This document shows positions 35,156-43,296 of a stretch of DNA of 59,246 bases, one piece after another. Every line of letters starts with the position of its first letter. The first letter of the stretch is position 1. The translations under genes and the position numbers were made by a program. Where the stretch lies: assembly GCA_005798855.1 (NCBI GenBank), contig SYIF01000142.1:1-59246 (forward strand). Direction: 5' to 3'. The notes beneath the pieces were generated by a model. The model was not told the origin of the DNA. It saw nothing but the letters and a program-made list of their open reading frames with translations, and searched no databases. This DNA is from Actinomycetota bacterium. GTDB taxonomy: Bacteria > Actinomycetota > Thermoleophilia > Gaiellales > F1-60-MAGs149.

Positions 35156-36118
35156 ATGGAAACGGAGCTGAACGCACGAGGGATTGTGATTGGTGAGCGG
35201 TATCGGGTGGCCGGTGCGCTGCGGCGCGTCGGCATGATGGAGGCCATCGATCTCGACGCCGATCGTGACGTGGCGGCGTGCCGGATTGTTGGCATTCCTG
35301 GCGACGCTGCAGCTGTAGACGCTTGGGAAGACGCCTGGCGCGAAGCGGAGGTTGCGGCTCGCCTACCTCGACTTCTAGAGGTCGTCACGGATGAAGACGG
35401 TGTGGCCTGGGCTGCCCTGGCGGCAGCGGAGGCGACGGGCGCGGCGTTGCCGCCCGACGCCCGCCGACAGGCCTATGCGATCGGCATGGCGCTGGCAGCA
35501 GCGGGACTCGATGTTGCCGACGTGACACCCCTCATGTTTGCGGTGAATACCCGAGGACGGCTGATCGTCGACGGCGTGCCGTTTCTTGGTGGAGCAGGAC
35601 CAACGCGTTCGGCGGCTGAGCAGCTCGTGGCACTGCTACCGCCCGACCAGGAGCAGGAGGTTGAGCCCGACTGGGTCGAGGCCCCCGTACGGCGGGCCGT
35701 ACGGCAGCGAGGGGCCGCGCGACCGAGGCGACGATTGCTCGTCCCAGGTGCGATTGGAATGATCGTGGCTGCCGCTCTGCTGATCTTGCTGGTGCCGGCG
35801 CGATCGGCTGGCACGCCAAACATCGGTGTCACGATCAAGGCACCAGCAGCGGATGTGCTGCTCGGTGACGCGGCTCACCCAATCGTGGCGGCCGAGCCCG
35901 TCCAGACGGTGACCATCACCGAAGCGGTCCAGCCAGTGCAAGCGAATGCGGAGCGCCAGTCCGCGGAGACATCGGAGAGCGTGGTGAGCAATCCGACTGT
36001 CACCAGCGTCGTTCCAAGCCTGCCGATAGCGGACGTGCCCAACGTACCGCGGGCAGCAGCAGCGGGAGTGCTACTCCCCGTCGAGAGCGGCATCCCGGTC
36101 GTCCCGCCCGGCGGTTGA
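35156..36118 (+). CDS. Hypothetical membrane protein with a degenerate Ser/Thr-kinase-like N-terminal domain, one TM helix and a Pro/Val/Ala-rich C-terminal region
   Basis: IGERYRVAGALRRVGMMEAIDLDADRDVAACRIV mimics the kinase N-lobe start, but the GxGxxG loop and the VAxK lysine are lost. AAGLDVADVTPLMFAV..GRLIVDGVPFLG mimics the HRDxKPxN...DFG segment, also degenerate. A TM segment (LLVPGAIGMIVAAALLILLVP) follows. Motif-level inference only. Confidence 0.5.
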   Translation: METELNARGIVIGERYRVAGALRRVGMMEAIDLDADRDVAACRIVGIPGDAAAVDAWEDAWREAEVAARLPRLLEVVTDEDGVAWAALAAAEATGAALPPDARRQAYAIGMALAAAGLDVADVTPLMFAVNTRGRLIVDGVPFLGGAGPTRSAAEQLVALLPPDQEQEVEPDWVEAPVRRAVRQRGAARPRRRLLVPGAIGMIVAAALLILLVPARSAGTPNIGVTIKAPAADVLLGDAAHPIVAAEPVQTVTITEAVQPVQANAERQSAETSESVVSNPTVTSVVPSLPIADVPNVPRAAAAGVLLPVESGIPVVPPGG

Positions 36119-36157
36119 GCCACGCAGCGGGGCGTGGCGCGGGCCACACCAACATGA

Positions 36158-36230
36158 TGCCCTCGGCACGATTTGAACGTGCGACCCCAGCCTTCGGAGG
36201 GCTGTGCTCTATCCCCTGAGCTACGAGGGC
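36158..36230 (-). tRNA. tRNA-Arg (anticodon CCG)
   Basis: The 73-nt minus-strand sequence is GCCCTCG TA GCTC AGGGGATA GAGC A CAGCC CTCCGAA GGCTG GGGTC GCACG TTCAAAT CGTGC CGAGGGC A. All four stems are perfect. Confidence 0.95.
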
Positions 36231-36285
36231 ATGGGGAGAAGGATAGCGGAGGCCTGTTGGTGTCCTGTGCCTTACGGTACCGGAC

Positions 36286-37296
36286 ATGGAGATTCGTGCT
36301 CACATTGAGAACCTCACGCTGCATGAACCCTTCGAGATTGCCCGTGGCGTTTCGACGCACGAGCCCGTGCTAATTGTGGAGCTTGAGCACGATGGCGTCG
36401 TGGGAATTGGCGAGGGTGCGCCCGTTGACTATCACGGCGAAACGACCGAGGCTATGCTTGCTGAGGCGCAGCGCGATATGGTGCCGCTGATCGGCGACGA
36501 TCCGTTTGCACTCGAGGTGATCATGCACCGGTTGCGTTCGGAAGGACTGATGGGTGGCACGCGGATGGCGATCGATGGCGCGCTGCACGACTGGATTGGG
36601 AAGCGACTTGGGCAGCCGACATGGCGTGTACTCGGACTTGCTCCGACCAGTCCAGCTACCTCATTCACGATTGGGATCGATTCCGTCGAAGGCACCGCCG
36701 ACAAGGTGCGACGCGCCGTCGGGTACCACGTGCTGAAGGTGAAGGTTGGTGGTGCTTCGGATCTCGAGCGCCTCGAAGCCGTTCGTGCGGGCTTTGCCGG
36801 CGCAATTCGGATCGATGGCAACGAAGGCTGGGATATCGAGATCGCAAAGGCAATCACGCCCGATCTGCTCCGACTCGGTGTCGAGTTTGTCGAGCAGCCC
36901 TTTCCTCGTGGTGACAACGACGCGTACCACCAGTACCGCGAGTTGCCCCAACGCCTGCCCGTCGTGCTCGACGAAGGTTGCATCGAGGCCCACGACGTGC
37001 CGCTGGCTGCGACGATGGCCGATGGCGTCAATATCAAGCTCTCGAAGACGGGCGGTATCCGGGGTGCGATGTCGCTTGCTCGAACCGCTCGGGCGCACAC
37101 GTTGTCCGTCATGCTCGGTTGCATGATCGAGTCGCACCTCGGCATCAGCCAGGGCGCTCAGATCGCCTCGCTGATGGATCACATCGATCTGGACGGGCAT
37201 TTGCTGATCGACGACGGACCGTTCGAAGGATTGGGATTTGAGAATGGTGTCGTGACCGTGGCGTCCGCACCTGGACTGGGAGTGAGGGCTGTATGA
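36286..37296 (+). CDS. Enolase-superfamily dipeptide epimerase homologue (L-Ala-D/L-Glu epimerase / N-acyl-amino-acid racemase type)
   Basis: 336 aa. The capping domain begins FEIARG. It has barrel residues (KVKVG, the IRIDGNEGW metal ligand, FVEQP, VVLDEG, NIKLSKTGG). Confidence 0.8.
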   Translation: MEIRAHIENLTLHEPFEIARGVSTHEPVLIVELEHDGVVGIGEGAPVDYHGETTEAMLAEAQRDMVPLIGDDPFALEVIMHRLRSEGLMGGTRMAIDGALHDWIGKRLGQPTWRVLGLAPTSPATSFTIGIDSVEGTADKVRRAVGYHVLKVKVGGASDLERLEAVRAGFAGAIRIDGNEGWDIEIAKAITPDLLRLGVEFVEQPFPRGDNDAYHQYRELPQRLPVVLDEGCIEAHDVPLAATMADGVNIKLSKTGGIRGAMSLARTARAHTLSVMLGCMIESHLGISQGAQIASLMDHIDLDGHLLIDDGPFEGLGFENGVVTVASAPGLGVRAV

Positions 37297-38345
37297 CTGA
37301 GCGTCTCGCAATTCTGGCGGAGGGACTGTTTGATCAGTCCGACGCCAAAACGGGGCACGGCGTGCTGCGCTTCGGCGATCGTGATGTTGTCTGCGTTGTC
37401 GACAGTACGCAGGTGGGTAAGACGTCCGCGAGTGTCGTGCCATTCTCGCGGCGCGACGTCCCGATCGTCGCCGATGTGACCGCCGCTCAGGCACTGGGTG
37501 CTACGACCGTCTTGATCGGCATTGCTCCCGGAGGCGGAAAGTTGACGCCTGCGTGGCGTGAAACGCTGCTCTTGGCGATGTCGCTTGGGCTCAACGTCGA
37601 GGCGGGCCTCCACACGCTGCTGTCGGATGATGCCGAACTGGTGGCCGCTGCGGCCCAGTATGGGGTGGAGGTGCGCGATCTGCGTACGTCGCCTGTGGGG
37701 CTGTCGGTCCCACGCCTCGATCTCTCGCGTTCTGCTGGGATTCGCGTGGTGCATACGGTCGGCACCGATTGTGCAATCGGCAAAATGACGACTGGTCTCG
37801 AGTTGGCTGATGCCGCCAAGGCGCGTGGCCGCCAGAGCGTCTTTGTCGCGACCGGCCAGACGGGAATCGCGATTACGGGCTGGGGTATCGCCGTCGACCA
37901 TGTGATCGCGGATTACATCGCCGGTGCTGCCGAGCGCTTGATCGACGAGGGTGCAACACGCGGCGATCTGCTTTTTCTGGAGGGTCAAGGCTCGCTGATT
38001 CATCCGGGCTACAGCGGTGTTACGCAGGGGCTTCTGCACGGAGCGCAACCCGATGTCCTGGTACTGCAGCACCTGGCGGGGCAGACGGTCAACGATGACT
38101 ATCGGTCGCGACCAATACCGCCGTTGCCCGATGTCGTGCGTCTCTATGAGCAGTCGTCTGCGGCAGTGCGGCCGGCGCGCGTGGCCGCGATCGCGCTCAA
38201 TACGAAGCTGCTCGACGATGCGGGAGCCCAGCGCGCGATCAAAGAGACAGAGGTACTGACCGGCCTCGTTACTGACGACGTGGTGCGCAACGGGCCCGAC
38301 CGACTGCTGGATGCGGTGTTGGACGCTGTCGACGCGTTAGGGTAA
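37293..38345 (+). CDS. DUF1611-family protein (possible D-glutamate N-acetyltransferase DgcN-like)
   Basis: 350 aa, with a 4-nt overlap with the epimerase gene. The segment VHTVGTDCAIGKMTT is a P-loop-like feature typical of DUF1611. The family assignment is from recollection of its sequence character and its known pairing with epimerase homologues. Confidence 0.65.
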   Translation: MTERLAILAEGLFDQSDAKTGHGVLRFGDRDVVCVVDSTQVGKTSASVVPFSRRDVPIVADVTAAQALGATTVLIGIAPGGGKLTPAWRETLLLAMSLGLNVEAGLHTLLSDDAELVAAAAQYGVEVRDLRTSPVGLSVPRLDLSRSAGIRVVHTVGTDCAIGKMTTGLELADAAKARGRQSVFVATGQTGIAITGWGIAVDHVIADYIAGAAERLIDEGATRGDLLFLEGQGSLIHPGYSGVTQGLLHGAQPDVLVLQHLAGQTVNDDYRSRPIPPLPDVVRLYEQSSAAVRPARVAAIALNTKLLDDAGAQRAIKETEVLTGLVTDDVVRNGPDRLLDAVLDAVDALG

Positions 38346-38351
38346 ACCGAC

Positions 38352-38380
38352 TTGACGCGAACGTACGTTCGATCTATTGT
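38352..38380 (+). promoter_or_regulatory. Sigma-70-type promoter TTGACG-17 nt-TATTGT predicted to give a leaderless (or 1-3 nt leader) mRNA for the LysM gene
   Basis: The -35 is at 38352-38357 and the -10 at 38375-38380, with an exact 17-nt spacer. The ATG at 38390 lies 10 nt after the -10 and has no Shine-Dalgarno. Confidence 0.6.
38357..38372. promoter_or_regulatory. LexA (SOS) box 1: GCGAAC-GTAC-GTTCGA
   Basis: 15 of 16 positions match the actinobacterial/Gram-positive consensus TCGAAC-N4-GTTCGA (Cheo box core GAAC-N4-GTTC). It occupies the -35/-10 spacer. Confidence 0.75.
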
Positions 38381-38381
38381 T

Positions 38382-38397
38382 TCGAACATATGTTCGA
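38382..38397. promoter_or_regulatory. LexA (SOS) box 2: TCGAAC-ATAT-GTTCGA
   Basis: Perfect 16/16 match to TCGAAC-N4-GTTCGA. It covers the predicted transcription start and the ATG (38390-38392). Confidence 0.8.
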
Positions 38398-38659
38398 CAT
38401 CCGCATATTCCGTTCCCTGGGACTGCTCCTCGCCGTCCTCGCTCTCGTGCTCGCTTTCGGTCTTCGCAGCGCGCCATCCAGCGCGGGCGCAGCGCCACCG
38501 GTGAGCTATGCCGTGCAGTCGGGCGACACGCTCTGGTCGATCGCCGACGCGTACACGGAAGGCGACCCTCGCGATGTTGTCGCCCAGATGCGGCAGCTCA
38601 ACGACCTGTCGACGACGATGCTCCAGCCGGGGCAGACGCTGTTGTTGCCCGCGATGTAG
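38390..38659 (+). CDS. Small membrane-anchored LysM-domain protein; candidate SOS-inducible cell-division inhibitor (YneA/ChiZ-like architecture)
   Basis: 89 aa. It has an N-terminal TM/signal anchor ([16 protein letters not shown]) and a LysM domain ([16 protein letters not shown]...[10 protein letters not shown]). Two LexA boxes lie on its promoter. Confidence 0.8.
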   Translation: MFDIRIFRSLGLLLAVLALVLAFGLRSAPSSAGAAPPVSYAVQSGDTLWSIADAYTEGDPRDVVAQMRQLNDLSTTMLQPGQTLLLPAM

Positions 38660-38814
38660 GGTCGAGCGATGCCGGTTTGGTTGTCACTGAATGTTGGCGT
38701 TGTGTTCACGCTAAGCCAGTTCTCGGACGAGATATTCGGACATTGTTAGGAGTCCGACAGGATTCGCCGATTCGAGTAGCGGATCGGCTTGCAACGCGGA
38801 ATCCTGACGAGGCC

Positions 38815-39762
38815 ATGACAGCAATCGCCACATCCAAGCGCCCTACGCGCACACTCCGTGTCGTCGATCCAGAGACCGTCTTTGACGCTCCGGTCGCCGA
38901 TGTCGCCATTGACGATTCCTTCGACGAGACTCCCGAAGTTGATCTGCTTTTCACCTACGTGCGACAGATTGGCGACGGGCGTCTGTTGAGTGCCGGCGAA
39001 GAGGCCGCCCTCGCGCGCCGCAAGGATGCAGGAGACATGCACGCCAAGCAAGAGCTTGTCGAGCGCAACCTACGGCTCGTGATGTCGATTGCGCGTCCCT
39101 ACAGCGCAGCCTCGGGTGTGCCAATGCTCGACCTGATCCAAGAGGGCAACGTCGGCCTGATGCGCGCCGTGGAGAAGTTCGACCACACCAAGGGTTTCAA
39201 GTTGTCGACGTACGCAACGTGGTGGATCAAGCAAGCCATCAGTCGCGCGATCGCCGATCAAGGACGCACGATTCGCCTGCCCGTCCATGTTGTTGACAAC
39301 CTCAAGCGCGTCCGCAAGGCCGAACGACGGCTGCGACAGGAGTTAGGGCGTCCCGCGACGCCCGAAGAACTGTCGACGGCGACGGGTCTTGGTCTCAAAA
39401 AAGTAACTGCACTGCTCGACATCGTCGACGACCCGATCTCCTTGGATGTCAGCGTCGGAGACGGCGACTCGGACATCGCCGATCTCGTCGAGGACCAGAA
39501 CGCCACGCAGCCGGATGCCGCGATCACCGAAGGTGACGTGTCGGTCGACCTGCAGCAGGCACTCGATCAACTGCACGGCCAGGAGCGTAAAGTTGTAGAG
39601 CTGCGTTTCGGACTCGACGGCAACGGCACGAGAACGCTCGATCAGGTCAGCAGCACGTTGGGCTGTACCCGCGAGCGAGTGCGTCAGGTCGAAGGCCGCG
39701 CGCTCAGCGCGTTGGCCAAGGCGAATCCGGAGTTGCGCGAGTATCTCGCGCTGAGTGCCTGA
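38815..39762 (+). CDS. Sigma-70 family RNA polymerase sigma factor, group 2 (SigB/HrdB-like, lacking a long region 1.1)
   Basis: It has region 2 ([36 protein letters not shown]), region 3 (IRLPVH) and region 4 ([20 protein letters not shown]). The ATG at 38815 is preceded by GAGG. The long track ORF from 38377 is a spurious N-terminal extension that overlaps the LysM gene in another frame. Confidence 0.9.
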   Translation: MTAIATSKRPTRTLRVVDPETVFDAPVADVAIDDSFDETPEVDLLFTYVRQIGDGRLLSAGEEAALARRKDAGDMHAKQELVERNLRLVMSIARPYSAASGVPMLDLIQEGNVGLMRAVEKFDHTKGFKLSTYATWWIKQAISRAIADQGRTIRLPVHVVDNLKRVRKAERRLRQELGRPATPEELSTATGLGLKKVTALLDIVDDPISLDVSVGDGDSDIADLVEDQNATQPDAAITEGDVSVDLQQALDQLHGQERKVVELRFGLDGNGTRTLDQVSSTLGCTRERVRQVEGRALSALAKANPELREYLALSA

Positions 39763-39846
39763 GGCACGGAGCGGAATGGACGCTGAGGTAGAGGCGGAAA
39801 CGCCTCTTCCTCGCGACCTACCCACCGACCTGCGTAGAATCTGCCT

Positions 39847-41739
39847 GTGACAAAATCTCCGGAGCGGATGCGGGTCTACCGCTTTGTGGAACCGATCGAG
39901 AGCAGTCTCGATTCGAAGCCGCGCCGTCGCCGTGGACGCCTGCTCTTGGTGGTTGGCGCGATCGTGGTGGTCGTGCTTGGACTACCGACCGGGGCGGCGC
40001 TCTATCTCGGTCGCGATACGGGCAGCAGCATTCCAGCCGGTACCGAAATTGATGGTGTGCCGGTGGGAGGCCTGACGGTTCAAGAGGCCCGTGCGGTGGT
40101 GCGCACACACGGCAACGAGCTGATCGCTCGCGGCTTGGTCTTCGTGGCAGGAGGCAATCGCTTCCAGATCGATCCGGTCGAGATTAAGTTGCGCCCGAAC
40201 GTCGCTGCCGCCGTGGCCACGGCCCAAGCCGACTCGAGCTTCGTTGAGCGACTGCGAGGACGGCTTGGGGATACGACGACGCGCTCGATCCCACTGACCT
40301 ACCTGTACAACGCGAATGCCTATCGGCGCGCCACTCTGCCAGTGCGCCAGGCAGTGTCGATTGCCCCACGGTCGGCGAGCATCACCACCACCGAGTCTGG
40401 TGCGTTTGTGGTGACGCCAGCCGTCAATGGCCAGCTGCCCAAGATTTCCGAGATGCAGGCTGCCGTTCGAAACATCGGTCAGGCTGGTCCTGAGATTCCC
40501 GTGGCTGTGCGCGTCGTGGAGCCACGAATTCCGACCGCAGTGGCGAACGAGGCAGTAAGCAGTGCGCGGACCTTCGTCGCGACCCGCCACATCGTGGTAT
40601 TGAAGTACGACTCGCGGGTGATTCCGAGAGCTGTCGCGAAACGAACAGCCGGCTTTACGCAAACCGAAAACACGGTGCGCTTCACGATCGGTCGCGGCGT
40701 CCTGCGTGGGTACTTCACGCGGATCTACGGCAAGAGCGAGCGCCCAGCCCGGAACGCGATCTTCGTGACGAATGCCGCGGGCAAGGCTCGAATCATCGGG
40801 GGTCGCAATGGGCGCGGTGTGGATGTCGAGACGCTGGCGCGTGCCTGGGAGGAAACTCCCGATTTGAAAATTGCGCGGATCACCGTGGGGGTGCGCGAGC
40901 CGGCGTTGACGAATGAGGAGGCGCAAAAACTCGGCGTAAAGCAGATCGTTGGGCAGTTCTTCACGCCCTACAACGGCGGTGCCCGGGTGACCAACATCAA
41001 GCGCGCGGCAGAGATTCTCGATCAGTTCATCTTGCCGGCCCAGGCAACGTTTTCGCTCAATGATGCGCTTGGTGAGAGAACGCTCCCACGGGGGTTTGTT
41101 GAGGCACCAATGATCGGCGAGAACAATGTGCTCAAGGACTCGGTCGGTGGCGGTGTTTCGCAGGTTGCCACGACCATATTTAATGCGGCGTTTTTCAGTG
41201 GACTCAAGTTAATTGCCCACACACCGCATTCATTCTGGATCCCACGTTATCCAATGGGGCGAGAGGCGACCGTCTCGTGGGGTGACCCGCAACTGATCTT
41301 CGAGAATAACTGGGACGCACCGATCGTGATCCTGACGCACACCAACGACGAAGGGCTGACGGTGCAGTTTCTGTCAGATCCGCTCGGGCGGAAGGTTGTT
41401 GCTGTCGAAGGCGAGCCATACTCGTACAAGAAGGCGAAGATGATTCGCGAGCGCGACCTAACGCTCGCGCCAGGGGAGGTTAAGCTCCACCAGCGGAAAG
41501 GCGCCGATGGCTTTCACATCAAATATGGGCGGCGCGTCTATAAAGACGACAAGTTGATTTCTCAAGAGAATTGGCACTGGCGCTATGCGCCAGAAAACGG
41601 GATCATCTACGTCGGACCAAAGGTGCCGGCTCAGGGTGGGGGTGGGGGAGCCAGCACGGACGGTGGTGGTGCCGACACCACAGGCGACGTGACTCCCGAT
41701 CCGACCGCCACCAGCACGGTGCCAGCAAGCGGCACCTAG
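39847..41739 (+). CDS. VanW-family protein (YoaR-like) with an N-terminal TM anchor and a C-terminal G5-like segment plus a Gly/Thr-rich tail
   Basis: 630 aa. It has TM LLLVVGAIVVVVLGL, the VanW core GGGVSQVATTIFNAAFFSGL...HS..I.RYP.G.EATV and a tail GGGGGASTDGGGADTTGDVTPDPTATS. Confidence 0.8.
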   Translation: MTKSPERMRVYRFVEPIESSLDSKPRRRRGRLLLVVGAIVVVVLGLPTGAALYLGRDTGSSIPAGTEIDGVPVGGLTVQEARAVVRTHGNELIARGLVFVAGGNRFQIDPVEIKLRPNVAAAVATAQADSSFVERLRGRLGDTTTRSIPLTYLYNANAYRRATLPVRQAVSIAPRSASITTTESGAFVVTPAVNGQLPKISEMQAAVRNIGQAGPEIPVAVRVVEPRIPTAVANEAVSSARTFVATRHIVVLKYDSRVIPRAVAKRTAGFTQTENTVRFTIGRGVLRGYFTRIYGKSERPARNAIFVTNAAGKARIIGGRNGRGVDVETLARAWEETPDLKIARITVGVREPALTNEEAQKLGVKQIVGQFFTPYNGGARVTNIKRAAEILDQFILPAQATFSLNDALGERTLPRGFVEAPMIGENNVLKDSVGGGVSQVATTIFNAAFFSGLKLIAHTPHSFWIPRYPMGREATVSWGDPQLIFENNWDAPIVILTHTNDEGLTVQFLSDPLGRKVVAVEGEPYSYKKAKMIRERDLTLAPGEVKLHQRKGADGFHIKYGRRVYKDDKLISQENWHWRYAPENGIIYVGPKVPAQGGGGGASTDGGGADTTGDVTPDPTATSTVPASGT

Positions 41740-41760
41740 ATCCCTGTCCTAGAACAACAC

Positions 41761-43185
41761 CTAAGCGCCGAGTGGCTGCGTACGCGGTAGGGCGATGCCC
41801 GAGCCGCTCGCCGCGATTCGCCGGTTCATTGCGCGCTCAGCTGCTCGTTGAAGCGATTCCGACATTGAGGGGGTGACGACGCCGGTGTTAGCGAGCGATT
41901 CGACGCTGAGGCCCTCGTTGACCGCAAGCGCAACTAAGGCAATGTTCTCGGAGGCGCGATAGCCGACGATCGATCCGCCGAGCAGCACACCCGTCTCTGG
42001 ATCCGTGATCAGTTTGATCATGCCCTCGCGCCAGCCCGAGATAACCCCGCGCGGATTCGCTCCAAGGTAGTGCTTGGTGACATCGACGGCGATGCCTTCC
42101 TTCGCTGCTGCGTTCTCCGTGAGACCGATCGTTGCCACCTCGGGCCGTGTAAAGATCGTCCAGGCGACGTTCTGGAGGCGGATCGGGTCGCCGGCCACAC
42201 CAAAGGCATGGAGCGCCGCATGTCTGCCTTGCATGGCACCGGTTGAGGCGAGCATCATGCCGCCCGCGACATCACCGGCGGCATAGATACCTAAGGCGGT
42301 CGTCTGCATGTGCTCGTCGACGACAATCGCGCCCCTGGCGTCGAGTTTAACGCCGAGCAGTTCGAGACCGAGACCTGCCGTGTTCGCCCGCTGTCCCATG
42401 CAAATGATGGCGTGCGTGCCGCGGTACGAATGTCCACCATCGCTCGTCACCACGACATGATCGCCATCGATGTTGATCTGGTTGATCCGCGTGTTCATTT
42501 GAATCTCGATGCCACGAGCAAGGAAGCCCTCCTGGATGATCTCGGCGACGTCCTCATCCTCGTTTGGGAGCACCTGCGAGCGCGCGGATAGCAGCGTCAC
42601 TTGACTCCCAGAGGAAGCAAAAAACTCAGAGTATTCGCAGCCCGTAGCGCCAGCGCCCACCACGATCAGGTGTTCGGGAGTCTGGCGCTGATCGAGTACC
42701 TCGCGGGTCGTAAAGACGCGTTGATGGTCGCATTCGGCAAACTCAGGAACCCACGGACTGGCCCCGGTCGCGATCAGCAGGTGGTCGTAGGTGACCTCTT
42801 GCTCGTAGCCATCGCAGTCGACGTGGATCATGCCGGGTGCGTCGACGTGGGCTCGGCCGTGTACGACACGGACGGTGGTCTCTTCGAGGCGGTCACGAAT
42901 ACCGCGCGACTGATGGGTCGCTACCCAACGGGCGTGAGCAACCGTGCGAAGCATGTCGACGTGGGGTTTGCCGTGCTCGAACGTGACACCAGACTGGTCG
43001 GCGCGATCGATGGCAGCCAGCACCGTGGCCGTGGAGAGCAGCGTCTTCGATGGAATCGCGTCGGTCAGTGTGCAGGACCCGCCGAGGCCACGGTCCTCAA
43101 TCAGGGTTACTTCGGCGCCCAGGGCGGCGGCTGCAGATGCAGCGGCATAGCCAGAAGGGCCACCGCCAAGAATCACGTAACGCAT
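41761..43185 (-). CDS. Pyridine-nucleotide-disulfide-family flavoprotein, LpdA (NAD(P)H-quinone reductase)-like, lacking the redox-active CxxxxC pair
   Basis: It has MRYVILGGGPSGYAAA (FAD loop). GGSCTLTDAIPSK stands where dihydrolipoamide dehydrogenases have GGTCLNVGCIPSK, so the second Cys is missing. A second GxGxxG (VVGAGATGCE) is present. The ATG at 43185 is chosen over the track start at 43290. Confidence 0.8.
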   Translation of the reverse strand: MRYVILGGGPSGYAAASAAAALGAEVTLIEDRGLGGSCTLTDAIPSKTLLSTATVLAAIDRADQSGVTFEHGKPHVDMLRTVAHARWVATHQSRGIRDRLEETTVRVVHGRAHVDAPGMIHVDCDGYEQEVTYDHLLIATGASPWVPEFAECDHQRVFTTREVLDQRQTPEHLIVVGAGATGCEYSEFFASSGSQVTLLSARSQVLPNEDEDVAEIIQEGFLARGIEIQMNTRINQINIDGDHVVVTSDGGHSYRGTHAIICMGQRANTAGLGLELLGVKLDARGAIVVDEHMQTTALGIYAAGDVAGGMMLASTGAMQGRHAALHAFGVAGDPIRLQNVAWTIFTRPEVATIGLTENAAAKEGIAVDVTKHYLGANPRGVISGWREGMIKLITDPETGVLLGGSIVGYRASENIALVALAVNEGLSVESLANTGVVTPSMSESLQRAAERAMNRRIAASGSGIALPRTQPLGA

Positions 43186-43296
43186 GGGCGTAGCGTATCG
43201 CGACCGCGAGGAAGACCCGTGCGCCTCTCTACTTGGTTGCCGATCTCTGACCTCGAGTGGTGCACCGAGACGGCTTCCGCCGAACTGCAACTTCTC

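Noticed and set aside
38377-38814. The N-terminal 146 codons of track ORF 38377..39762 ([20 protein letters not shown]...), which would make a 461-aa sigma factor.
   Set aside because: This part is Arg/Pro/Ala-rich and overlaps the well-supported LysM gene in another frame. It contains no sigma region 1 motifs. A good ATG with GAGG lies at 38815, just before the conserved sigma regions.
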